A stretch of 64,000 nt of DNA from Deltaproteobacteria bacterium (GTDB lineage Bacteria > Myxococcota > Kuafuiibacteriia > Kuafuiibacteriales > Kuafuiibacteriaceae): NCBI GenBank assembly GCA_016703535.1, contig JADJBV010000001.1, forward strand, positions 6,382,270-6,446,269. Direction: 5' to 3'. The notes beneath the pieces are model-generated. The model saw only the letters and a program-made list of their open reading frames with translations. It ran no database searches and was not told the origin of the DNA. Each line of letters starts with the position of its first letter. The first letter of the stretch is position 1. This document shows positions 29,466 through 37,150 of the stretch, one piece after another. The position numbers and the translations under genes were made by a program.

Positions 29466-29503
29466 GATTCGTCCGGATTTCGCAGGACGTCCGGAATCCG
29501 GAC
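29466..29503. repeat. TCCGGA-rich motif block (gattcgtccggattt ... gtccggaAtccggac palindrome)
   Basis: Read directly. 'gtccggaatccggac' (29489-29503) is a perfect palindrome around a central base. It shares 'gattcgtccgga' with the array at 40312-40380. Confidence 0.6.
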
Positions 29504-29803
29504 GGACGCGGGTTACCGGTCGCGTGTGCAAGGGCGCGGCCTGCGGGCTCGGGAAGACCTGGGTCGGCCCACCGGCCCGCATCGAAAACGCGTGGCGCTG
29601 GCCGCTGATCGACGCGTCGCAGACCGCGCAAACCCACGCTTCGTCTGGGTCGTCGAAGCTGAGGGCCCCGGGCCGCTGCACCGCAGTGCCTCGCCCTGTG
29701 TTCGGCTGCGGCTCGAGGGCGAACATCGCTCGCCCTCGAGTCTACTCGGTTACTCGATCCCGGACAGCGCGCGCTGCGCCCGAGCCATGGCGAAGGGTAG
29801 CCC

Positions 29804-30148
29804 TTAGGGGACGAAGACCTCGACCCGATCGACCGCGCCGAAGGCCATCACCGAGGCTCCGCCCGGCACGTAGATCCGATCACCAATCGCCGCGGCGCCT
29901 GTCCCGTGCCGGCCGGTGGTCATCGGGCTCAAGCTTGACCACCGCTCGGTCTCAAAGCTCCAAGCCTCGACCGCGTCAAAGACCGCGCTGGCGGCGCCGG
30001 TGTTGCCTTCGCCGCCGAAGACGTAGAGCGCCTCGTTGAGGATCGCGGCGGCGGCGCCTCCTCGAGAGGTCGGCATCGGGGGCCCGGCGCTCCAGGTACC
30101 GGCGGTGGGATCGTAGAGGTCGAGCTGAGCGGTGTGCCCCGTGATGGG
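29804..30148 (-). pseudogene. Kelch-repeat protein gene, 3' fragment (5' end deleted at the island junction)
   Basis: Track ORF 29804..30076 reads 'LYVFGGEGNTGAASAVFDAVEAWSFETERWSSLSPMTTGRHGTGAAAIGDRIYVPGGAS'. Manual upstream extension keeps Kelch-like sequence ('GHTAQLDLYDPTAGTWSAGPPMPTSRGG') to about 30145, then 'FRRRPIT' and a stop. No start or N-terminal blades are present. Confidence 0.7.
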
Positions 30149-30217
30149 TCTCCTTCGGAAAAGGTTTCAAACACTTCGCCCGTGACATCGGCCGTCCGCC
30201 TCCTTGAAGTTGGGCTC

Positions 30218-31222
30218 ATGGATCTCAATCCGACTCGCCCCACTTTCGACTTCATCCCGATGGGGCCGGGCGCAGGCCCCTTGACGAGTCCCTCGACTTT
30301 CGACGACTCAAGAAGCATGTACATCGAAATGGTGCGGCAGGTCGTCGAGGAGGCGGTTGCTGTTCATGCGGCCGCGGAGAAGAAGACCATCTCCGATGTT
30401 CTGAAGGAAGTTCGCGAGCACATCGACGCAACAGCGAGGGAACATCAGAAGGACGAACCGGCAATCGACTATCAGAATGCGCTGTGTCGGCTTGGCTACC
30501 TCTACCGCCACGCTCCCGCAAACGCGACGTTGTTCGAGCGCGTCCTTCGTGATTGTCCAGACTTCCTGCTCAAGATTAAAGAACGCAACGGAGCGCGGTT
30601 GCACGTGTGCTCGGTTGGCGGGGGACCTGGCACCGAACTCCTTGGGCTCTCGAAGTTCTTACTCAGGCGGCCCGAGCTTGCGCCGAGCAAGATACAGTTC
30701 ACGGTGTTGGATCGGATCCCGCAATGGGCAGAGACCTGGCAGCGCCTGGCCGATGCCGTCGAGGACCAGTTCAAAAAAGCGCCGACGGGCGCCAAGCCGA
30801 GCATTGCTCCCTCGTTCCTGCCCATGGATGTGTGCGATCCGACCTCATACAAGAGCTACGCCTATCATTTCAGCACGGTCGACATTGTGGTCTTCAACTA
30901 CTTGTTCTCGGAGAACAAGACTCGCTTGGCGGCGGCAGCGGAAGCGGCCCGCCACTTGCTCAACTCCAGCCCGGTGGGTGCTTTGTTCCTATTCATCGAT
31001 CGCCACGAAGCAGACGGACAGCTCACAGAGGCCGTGAGAGCAATGATCCCGACGACTCCTCCTTGCACGGCCAACCTGTTTGGAGGGACGATCGATCGGG
31101 ACGAAGACCGGAAGGCGATGGGCGACATGTTGATGGGAGCTTTGGGCAACCCACGAGTGAAGTTCTTCACGGACAACTACCGTGACCCAACGGCTTTTTG
31201 GACGGCGATTCGGCGCACATGA
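30218..31222 (+). CDS. Class I SAM-dependent methyltransferase-like protein
   Basis: The ORF track gives 30134..31222. The start is placed at ATG 30218 ('MDLNPTRPTF'), just past the Kelch remnant. Motif I is 'LHVCSVGGGPGTELLGL', the post-I acidic residue is in 'FTVLDRI', and 'VDIVVFNYLFSE' follows. GC is lower and A/T-ending codons are more frequent than in the flanks. Confidence 0.65.
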   Translation: MDLNPTRPTFDFIPMGPGAGPLTSPSTFDDSRSMYIEMVRQVVEEAVAVHAAAEKKTISDVLKEVREHIDATAREHQKDEPAIDYQNALCRLGYLYRHAPANATLFERVLRDCPDFLLKIKERNGARLHVCSVGGGPGTELLGLSKFLLRRPELAPSKIQFTVLDRIPQWAETWQRLADAVEDQFKKAPTGAKPSIAPSFLPMDVCDPTSYKSYAYHFSTVDIVVFNYLFSENKTRLAAAAEAARHLLNSSPVGALFLFIDRHEADGQLTEAVRAMIPTTPPCTANLFGGTIDRDEDRKAMGDMLMGALGNPRVKFFTDNYRDPTAFWTAIRRT

Positions 31223-32142
31223 TCATCTCCGCCAGCTACAAGACTGACATCCCTGCGTTCTACGGAACGTGGTTTCGAAATCGCCTTCGTGCCGGGTTTT
31301 GCAAGACCGTCAATCCGCTCAATCGCGATCAGCACTCCACGATTTCACTGAAGCGGTCTGACGTCGAAAGCTACGTCTTCTGGACGAAGGGTCAGGGACC
31401 GTTCTTGCCGGTGCTCGATGAGCTGCATGAGGCTGGCTTCCCGTTCATCGTTCAGTACACGATAAACGGCTACCCTCGGGCTCTTGAAACGCGAGTTAGC
31501 GACTCGGATCGGGCCGTCGAACAAATGCAGGTGGTCTCACGTAGGTTCGGTCCCCGAGTAGCTGTCTGGCGCTACGACACCATCGTGCTCTCGTCATTGA
31601 CCGATTTCGCATTCCATCGAAGGAACTTCGAACGGCTTGCTGAAGCTCTCTCCGGAACAACGGACGAAGTCGTCGTCTCGTTTCTTCAGCTCTACCAGAA
31701 GACGAAGCGCAATCTCGACGAAGCCGGACGCGTGGAAGCGTTTGAATGGTGGGATCCAACGGTGGAAGAGAAGAGGGACCTGCTTTCTGCCCTGGCGCAG
31801 ATCGCTGCTTCAAATCGAATGCGACTCACCATTTGCACGCAACCGGACCTTGTCGTGGCCGGTGTCGGGGAGTCTCGCTGCATTGACGGTGAGCGCCTGA
31901 TGGACTTGGCCGGTGGACGATTCCCGGCGAAGGTCAAAGGCATGCGGGAGGGCTGCGGCTGCTACGAGTCGAAGGACATCGGCGACTACGACACGTGCCC
32001 ACATGGATGTGTCTACTGCTACGCCGTTCGCGATCGAGACCTCGCGCTGAATCGGTTTAAGGCTCACGATCCGGAAGGCGAGTACCTGTTTCCCGTTCAG
32101 CCCCCGAAGCCGGCGAGGCAGCTGCGGTTGTTCGGAGAGTAG
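31219..32142 (+). CDS. DUF1848-family protein (C-terminal Cys cluster, putative Fe-S)
   Basis: ATG 31219 ('MIISASYKTDIPAFYGTWFRNRL', the typical DUF1848 opening) overlaps the methyltransferase stop (ATGA). The C-terminal cluster is 'EGCGCYESKDIGDYDTCPHGCVYCYA'. Confidence 0.7.
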   Translation: MIISASYKTDIPAFYGTWFRNRLRAGFCKTVNPLNRDQHSTISLKRSDVESYVFWTKGQGPFLPVLDELHEAGFPFIVQYTINGYPRALETRVSDSDRAVEQMQVVSRRFGPRVAVWRYDTIVLSSLTDFAFHRRNFERLAEALSGTTDEVVVSFLQLYQKTKRNLDEAGRVEAFEWWDPTVEEKRDLLSALAQIAASNRMRLTICTQPDLVVAGVGESRCIDGERLMDLAGGRFPAKVKGMREGCGCYESKDIGDYDTCPHGCVYCYAVRDRDLALNRFKAHDPEGEYLFPVQPPKPARQLRLFGE

Positions 32143-32217
32143 TGCGGTCGCCCCCACGACCACTCAAGCTGGGTCGAACGCGAGGAGCGTCCTCAGGTGT
32201 GACCGCGGCTGTTACCG

Positions 32218-32307
32218 CCAGGGCGACTTCGAGCGACTTGGGTGGACAGCGTGAGACGCTCACCCTCAATGTTTGCGCGTATTTCCAAGTCGCTTCGGTC
32301 GCCCTGG
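32218..32307. other. Long imperfect inverted repeat in the 530-bp noncoding spacer between convergent DUF1848 and ThiC-like genes (possible bidirectional terminator or structured RNA)
   Basis: Left arm 'ccagggcgacttcgagcgacttgg' (32218-32241). Right arm 'ccaagtcgcttcggtcgccctgg' (32285-32307). The loop contains a nested hairpin 'agcgt-gag-acgct'. Confidence 0.3.
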
Positions 32308-32670
32308 CGCCTTTCCCAAGGTTGAAGTCGCGAGTTCGGTTCTCGTGTCCCGCTCTCGTATACCCCCGAAATCTTAGGTGGTTCGAACGACGCGCAGTCG
32401 CTTCGATCCCCCCATTTCGGTAGCTCCGAACCTCCGAACCCGGTCCTCCAGCGATGGAGCGGGGAGCGGGCGCGCTCCACGCTCGAGAAGTACAAGGGGT
32501 GGCGAGAACGGGATCGGGGAGGCGCAGACGATCGTCGCGGTGGGTGGTGCAAGCTACGTTGCGGCGCGGTTGTCGGCGCAGATTGGTGGGCCGGAGGGCA
32601 AGACGATCCTCGGCATCCGTCTACCCAAGCCCAGAACCTGTCGAGTTTTCGCAGGCCGTCCCGACTCAGA

Positions 32671-33726
32671 CTAAAGCGGACAGGTCGTCCCGCACCGAGA
32701 GCAGCCGGCCGTCTGCTTTCCGTCTACACAGGTTCGGTGTTCTGCTCGCCACTGCACAGCGGCCTCATCGGCCGCCGTCTCGTCTAGATTGTGCAGGTCA
32801 ATAATGTGGGCAGCGACCCGGGCCGCGCGAACCGCCTCCAGCGTGGATTCGAGGCTCGGGATGCCTCCTGTATGCTCCTCGCGCGTCACGGCCGCAAGCA
32901 CGTGGGCTGCTCCGTGAACACCCATCAGAGTGGCGCCGATAGCGGCCGACACATGGTCCTGTCCGTCCGCCGCGTCGGTAGGAATGGGGCCCAAGGGCAT
33001 GACTGGGAAGCCAGCAGGAGCTAGGATCGAAGCCACTCTCAGGATGTCCCGCGGTCGAGCATGACCAGGTGACTCAACAATCACGCTTGTTCCGCTTCGC
33101 ACGAGCTGTGAAGCGAGGTCCAACTGGGCCGCGATCTCTCCTAGTTGCGCTTCATCCAGCGAGTCAAAGATGTTCGCCGAGCGAAAGGACGCCCCGAGGC
33201 TCAGCGTCACGCCCCGGCGAGCTGCCTCCTCTGCCAGCTTCGGCATGATGTCCTGGTAAGCGTTGCCTCCGTCTCCGCGAAGTAGGAGGTCGTTGATGAC
33301 CAATCCGCCCCCTCGGGAAGTCCACGGAACACGTCGCCGACGCGCTAGGCGAACCAGCTCACGAGTCGGGGTCGGATGAATCGTCAGGAGGCCGGCACCT
33401 CGTTCCATCTGCTCGATGGCTCTATTGAGTAAGGCAGAACGATCAATCTGGCCCGATGTCGAGACAGCGGAATACACGGGCAACGTCGCGGCGACAAAGC
33501 CATATGAAACTATGCACTCCAGGAGCGGTTCGTTCGACGCAACAATCGATAGATCGGATACGATATCGGGACCGACTTCCATCTGTGCAAGCGCGTCAAT
33601 TTTTGCTCGCTGGGATCCGAAGTCGCGAATGTGGCTAGAGCCGACCAGGGCCATCACTGACGTTCGAATCCCAGGACCTACCGCGACGCTCGGGAGCGCT
33701 CGCCGCCCTAGCAAGGCAACAGTCAT
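32671..33726 (-). CDS. Minimal ThiC-like radical-SAM enzyme (HMP-P synthase/BzaF superfamily), 351 aa
   Basis: ATG 33726 ('MTVALLGRR') overlaps the stop of the SIR2-SLOG gene (ATGA). ThiC-core motifs occur in order: 'ATLPVYSA', 'GAGLLTIHPT', 'VPWTSRGGG', 'VTLSLGASFRSA', 'VIVESPGHARP', 'PVMPLGPIPTDAADGQDHVSAAIGATL' and 'LAAVTREEHTGGIP'. The C-terminal cluster 'CSRCGTTC' is CX2CX3C, against CX2CX4C in canonical ThiC. Confidence 0.8.
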   Translation of the reverse strand: MTVALLGRRALPSVAVGPGIRTSVMALVGSSHIRDFGSQRAKIDALAQMEVGPDIVSDLSIVASNEPLLECIVSYGFVAATLPVYSAVSTSGQIDRSALLNRAIEQMERGAGLLTIHPTPTRELVRLARRRRVPWTSRGGGLVINDLLLRGDGGNAYQDIMPKLAEEAARRGVTLSLGASFRSANIFDSLDEAQLGEIAAQLDLASQLVRSGTSVIVESPGHARPRDILRVASILAPAGFPVMPLGPIPTDAADGQDHVSAAIGATLMGVHGAAHVLAAVTREEHTGGIPSLESTLEAVRAARVAAHIIDLHNLDETAADEAAVQWRAEHRTCVDGKQTAGCSRCGTTCPL

Positions 33727-35096
33727 TTGAGGCTCGCTTCCACGCACCGAACCACGTCGGCAGCGCTGACACGGCCACTTCTCGCCTTTTCTAAGTAGGC
33801 TGGATCGATTTTCTGGAGCAGCCCGGCTACGCCCGGCTCATCGAGTTGCAGCGCGGCCAGACCCTTGCGTTGGATTGGCACAGGAACGATTTGGCACCGA
33901 TGGGCGCGCGCAACCTCCAGTTCCGCGGCCGTGCCCATGCCTCCATCAAACACAACCATCGTCCTGGCGGCGGCAAAGAGGCCTCCACGGTATCGCTTGA
34001 GATCGTCGAGGAGTGACCTGTCGTTTGAAAATGCAGGCCTTATTGCATAAGGATTCGGAAAAATCCTAATGCGCTGACGCAGGTCGGTTTGTCTTCGAAG
34101 GCAAGCATCGCCGAAAGCGTTGACGGCATGGCGGCCAATACCCTCGGACTGGCCGTCCAGAAGCACAATCGCCGGATCGATTTCGGAGAGCTTTGCTCCC
34201 ACCAGTGCCGCAAGGTCAGTCGCACGACGAGCAGCCTTATGCCCACCACTTACGAACACGGCCCGGTCCCGAGCTCGGAGGGCTAGATTGTCGAATACGT
34301 GCTGGATTTCATCGTATCCTTGGACGATCGCACAACGAATTCCAACCCGCATGAGATCCTCGGTCCAGAGTGCCTGGCGCTTCGCGTCTTCAGCACTGCT
34401 GGCTACCTTAAGCAGCATAAAATGTTCGCGAGTCGCGCGTTTGGCCAACCTCCTTGCTTGAACCAGCGCGGTTGAGATGCTGGAATCCCGATAGCCATAG
34501 CCAGCAAACAGGAAAGTTTTGTGGAGCAAGTCGTGCTGGAGGCGCTGCACAAAACTGGGCCGACGAGCCGCAAATTCCTCATAGTCGTCGGTCGTGATGA
34601 TGAGGTCGTTGGGCGAGCTTCGCTCGATGCATCCATGCACCTTCAGTATTTCAAAGTCATCAGCGAGGACATCCTGCGTAAAGTCTTGATCGTCAATCCG
34701 CACGACAACCCTCCGGTGTGCCATCGAGTCCTCAAGAAGACGATCGAAATTTGTGGTCCAGACGGTATCAATCGGAGTGAGCCGCAGGGCGGCGTGGTAG
34801 GAGTTTGGAAGAAGTCCGCGATTTAGCTTCGCTCTAAATGCCGCGACCAGGGGACCACGATTGCCCTTGTCGGCATTTACCAAATGCTGTGCGATCAACG
34901 GTAAGTCGTCGGTCTCCTTCAGGTCCAACCCGATCCGCCTCGCGTGCGGCTTCAATAGACCAAGCCAACTTGGCGCATTCGACTTGGCGGATATCCCGGA
35001 TCCCAAAAAGTACGCGCCCACACCGGCCGCGATTGCCTGAGCCATCCCATCAACCACGTAGGAGAGATCGACTCCAACCGACTTTGGTTCAGCCAT
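33723..35096 (-). CDS. ThsA-type SIR2-SLOG protein (Thoeris effector-like NADase architecture)
   Basis: The ORF track gives 33723..35132. ATG 35096 has a GGGAGA Shine-Dalgarno-like element about 10 nt upstream. SIR2_2-type motifs are 'AYFLGSGISAKSNAPSWLGLL', 'VWTTNFDRLLE' (catalytic Asn position) and 'EILKVHGC' (catalytic His position). The C-terminal SLOG/LOG-like Rossmann shows 'AVFVSGGHKAARR' and 'MVVFDGGMGTAAELEVA' (GGxGTxxE). Confidence 0.8.
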   Translation of the reverse strand: MAEPKSVGVDLSYVVDGMAQAIAAGVGAYFLGSGISAKSNAPSWLGLLKPHARRIGLDLKETDDLPLIAQHLVNADKGNRGPLVAAFRAKLNRGLLPNSYHAALRLTPIDTVWTTNFDRLLEDSMAHRRVVVRIDDQDFTQDVLADDFEILKVHGCIERSSPNDLIITTDDYEEFAARRPSFVQRLQHDLLHKTFLFAGYGYRDSSISTALVQARRLAKRATREHFMLLKVASSAEDAKRQALWTEDLMRVGIRCAIVQGYDEIQHVFDNLALRARDRAVFVSGGHKAARRATDLAALVGAKLSEIDPAIVLLDGQSEGIGRHAVNAFGDACLRRQTDLRQRIRIFPNPYAIRPAFSNDRSLLDDLKRYRGGLFAAARTMVVFDGGMGTAAELEVARAHRCQIVPVPIQRKGLAALQLDEPGVAGLLQKIDPAYLEKARSGRVSAADVVRCVEASLK

Positions 35097-35216
35097 TCCG
35101 TTTCGTCTCCCTCGCTGTTTGCGCCGGCTCATTGAACGTGACCGCCGTCTCCGTCCGCCCCATGCCTCTTCTGTTCAAACAGGCGCGACGAAATCTTAAA
35201 AGCAAGCGGTCACACA

Positions 35217-36050
35217 TCAAGTCGCAGTGCCAAAAAGCCCCAGTTGTTTCTCGGGAGGAATCGGGAGGACGCCGACGATCACCCACGGGTTGGGAGCGAC
35301 GAAATGGAACTGCTGCGTTGTTCCGAGGAAAAAGTGGAGATCGGTCTGCAGGAACTCGTCGAAGTACTTCTTGTGCACCTTGGCCAAGGCCGTTGGCTCG
35401 TCACCATTTGCGCGCCTGAGGCAGTTCCAGTAGAGCGCCCCTGCCTCCCAATCGAGCACTTGAAGATCGCTCTGCCGCCCTGCAGCGTCTTCGAACCGGT
35501 ACGTGAAACTATAGGGCAGCTTGTCGATGACCTTGAATGTCTCGCGCCAAGTGTTGTCCGCAAAGAGGTCATACTGCTTTGTCGCCTCGCGCATCTGCTT
35601 GACCCGCTCGGGGTCCCAAACACGCTCTTCGACTTCGGAGTAGAAATCCAGAATCTTTGATGGCCTGAACACTGCGAGTGACGCCGTGTTCGCTTTCGCA
35701 CTTGCGATCAAATCGTCTAAACGGTCGTAGACGCGAGCGGTTTCCAACAGGATACGCCTCCGTGCACCCCAATTGTTGCTAGTGTCGATGTGATCGACCG
35801 CGATCAGCTCGTGCTCATCAATTGGACGGAAGGTCTCCGGTCTCGGGTCGGATGGATTGCGAGCAAGGCGACACTCGAGCCAATCATACTTGTGGTACTG
35901 CTCTTTCTGATCCAGGCGCCGGAACGGAACCGGGTAGATGCGGACCCACGACCCATCTTCGCGGACTCCAGCAGTGCACACGGTCTCCCCGTACTTCCGG
36001 GACAGCGTTGGGTAGGTCTTGACCGTGATCAGGACACGCTCTTTGTTCAT
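35217..36050 (-). CDS. Hypothetical protein, 277 aa (no family recognised)
   Basis: Clean ORF with non-repetitive, balanced composition ('MNKERVLITVKTYPTLSRKYGETVCTAGVREDGSWVRIYPVPF...'). A GAGG sits 4-7 nt upstream of the ATG, inside the end of the preceding gene. The gap to the DUF488 gene is 6 nt. Confidence 0.65.
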   Translation of the reverse strand: MNKERVLITVKTYPTLSRKYGETVCTAGVREDGSWVRIYPVPFRRLDQKEQYHKYDWLECRLARNPSDPRPETFRPIDEHELIAVDHIDTSNNWGARRRILLETARVYDRLDDLIASAKANTASLAVFRPSKILDFYSEVEERVWDPERVKQMREATKQYDLFADNTWRETFKVIDKLPYSFTYRFEDAAGRQSDLQVLDWEAGALYWNCLRRANGDEPTALAKVHKKYFDEFLQTDLHFFLGTTQQFHFVAPNPWVIVGVLPIPPEKQLGLFGTAT

Positions 36051-36056
36051 CTCGCC

Positions 36057-36989
36057 TCAAAGGTCCGTCGCGTGAAGGTCCTTTCCGAATTGTCGTTCCA
36101 GCGCCTCGGCGACGCAATGTCGGTGACACTGGGCCGGTAGGTGTTCGTAGCAAGTAAGGGCGACGCGGTCACCCGCACGGAACCAATCGCGCAGCTTCTT
36201 CAGGGCGCTGGTCTGCTTCGGTAACCAGTCGCGCACATACTCCCTGAAGAGCGCGTCGTAATCGGCTTGGGTATCAAGACTCTGGCGCTTCTCGGACGCG
36301 ATGCCGAGTTCGGGAAGGTGCTCGTAGCGAATCCCGACCGCGTCGCAACCTCGTGCGAGGCTGTTCTTGGAGAAGCCATATTTGCGGCTGATCGGGTTGC
36401 GGCGGACATCGCACAAAATCGTGGTGCCGTTCTTCAGGAGGAGGTTGAGGTAGGTATCAAGCGAATGACCTTCGTAGCCAATCGTCTGAACTGACGCCCG
36501 TTTTTGATCGACTCGAAGGGCAGCTATCTGCTTGAGCGCTATCGCGTCCCCTTTCAGGACGCGGGCAGCGATCTCACTTCGGGTGGCGAAGTACGGAAAT
36601 CTCCGATACGTGTCGGCAACGAGCTCGTCACCTCGCAATTTTTGGTATCGACGCGCAAACGCCGCCATCTGCATGTCGATCGTGCGACCGATGACGCCGC
36701 GGCCTTCGTCAGTGAGCTGCCAGGTGCTCTCGTCGTTCACTAGCAGGCCGCGCTCAACGAGCTTTCGTCGATCGGCGTACGACATGAACGAGAAGGCTCC
36801 GAACTTGTGCGGGACAAAGTCGTAGGGCGCTTCGGACGGGGACTCTTGGCAGTACAGGAAGAGCAGCTTTTGGAAGTCCAGCTTGCTCGCTTGGCCACCG
36901 AGAGCGTCGAGCAGCTGCAAGAGCTGCCGCTGACGAGCGGGCAGCGTCGTCGCGGTCTTCTCCAATGGTCGGGCCCGAGCAGCGGTCAT
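36057..36989 (-). CDS. Two-domain protein: N-terminal helical/wHTH-like domain + C-terminal DUF488 (YeaO-like) domain
   Basis: The ORF track gives 36057..37304. The start is placed at ATG 36989 ('MTAARARPLEK'). The DUF488 part reads 'VQTIGYEGHSLDTYLNLLLKNGTTILCDVRRNPISRKYGFSK...IRYEHLPELG...VALTCYEHLPAQCHRHCVAEAL'. The N-terminal part reads 'KLDFQKLLFLYCQE...YDFVPHKFGAFSF...LVERGLLVNDESTWQLTDEG'. Confidence 0.7.
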   Translation of the reverse strand: MTAARARPLEKTATTLPARQRQLLQLLDALGGQASKLDFQKLLFLYCQESPSEAPYDFVPHKFGAFSFMSYADRRKLVERGLLVNDESTWQLTDEGRGVIGRTIDMQMAAFARRYQKLRGDELVADTYRRFPYFATRSEIAARVLKGDAIALKQIAALRVDQKRASVQTIGYEGHSLDTYLNLLLKNGTTILCDVRRNPISRKYGFSKNSLARGCDAVGIRYEHLPELGIASEKRQSLDTQADYDALFREYVRDWLPKQTSALKKLRDWFRAGDRVALTCYEHLPAQCHRHCVAEALERQFGKDLHATDL

Positions 36990-37150
36990 CAACGTTTCCC
37001 TTGGCGCTTGAGTTTGGGGGAAGCGGTGCGAGATGCTCGGCGATCTCGGGCATCTCGGTCGACCCTCACCCTGCCGAACCCTACCAGCGCGATCCGCTGG
37101 AAACAACTGGGCAATCGAGACGGGAGACACAGGCCAAGCTTCGATCGCAA

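Noticed and set aside
29451-29726. 91-aa minus-strand ORF with 'WVCAVCDASISGQRHAFSMRAGGPTQVFPSP', faintly reminiscent of a bacterial CULT/cereblon-like or zinc-ribbon fragment
   Set aside because: Only one CxxC pair is present. The C-terminal half is a translation of the TCCGGA motif block. The similarity is too weak to support by eye. It may be another gene remnant, but it is not called.
32360-32425. tRNA-like 'GGTTCGAAC' T-loop-like sequence that might mark an integration site
   Set aside because: I could not build an acceptor stem, D-arm or anticodon arm around it on either strand. It fits better as part of nested hairpins in the spacer.
32671-33726. Annotating the ThiC-like gene as housekeeping thiC (thiamine biosynthesis)
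   Set aside because: It is about 100-280 aa shorter than typical ThiC and has CX2CX3C instead of CX2CX4C. It has no room for a TPP riboswitch leader because its start overlaps the upstream stop. It sits in a lower-GC island with no other thi genes. It is called ThiC-like only.
35217-36050. The 277-aa protein as the missing Thoeris ThsB (TIR) partner
   Set aside because: There is no TIR-like beta-alpha pattern, no conserved catalytic Glu context and no typical N-terminal 'F(I/L)S(Y/H)' strand. Its length and composition differ from TIR domains. It is left as unknown.
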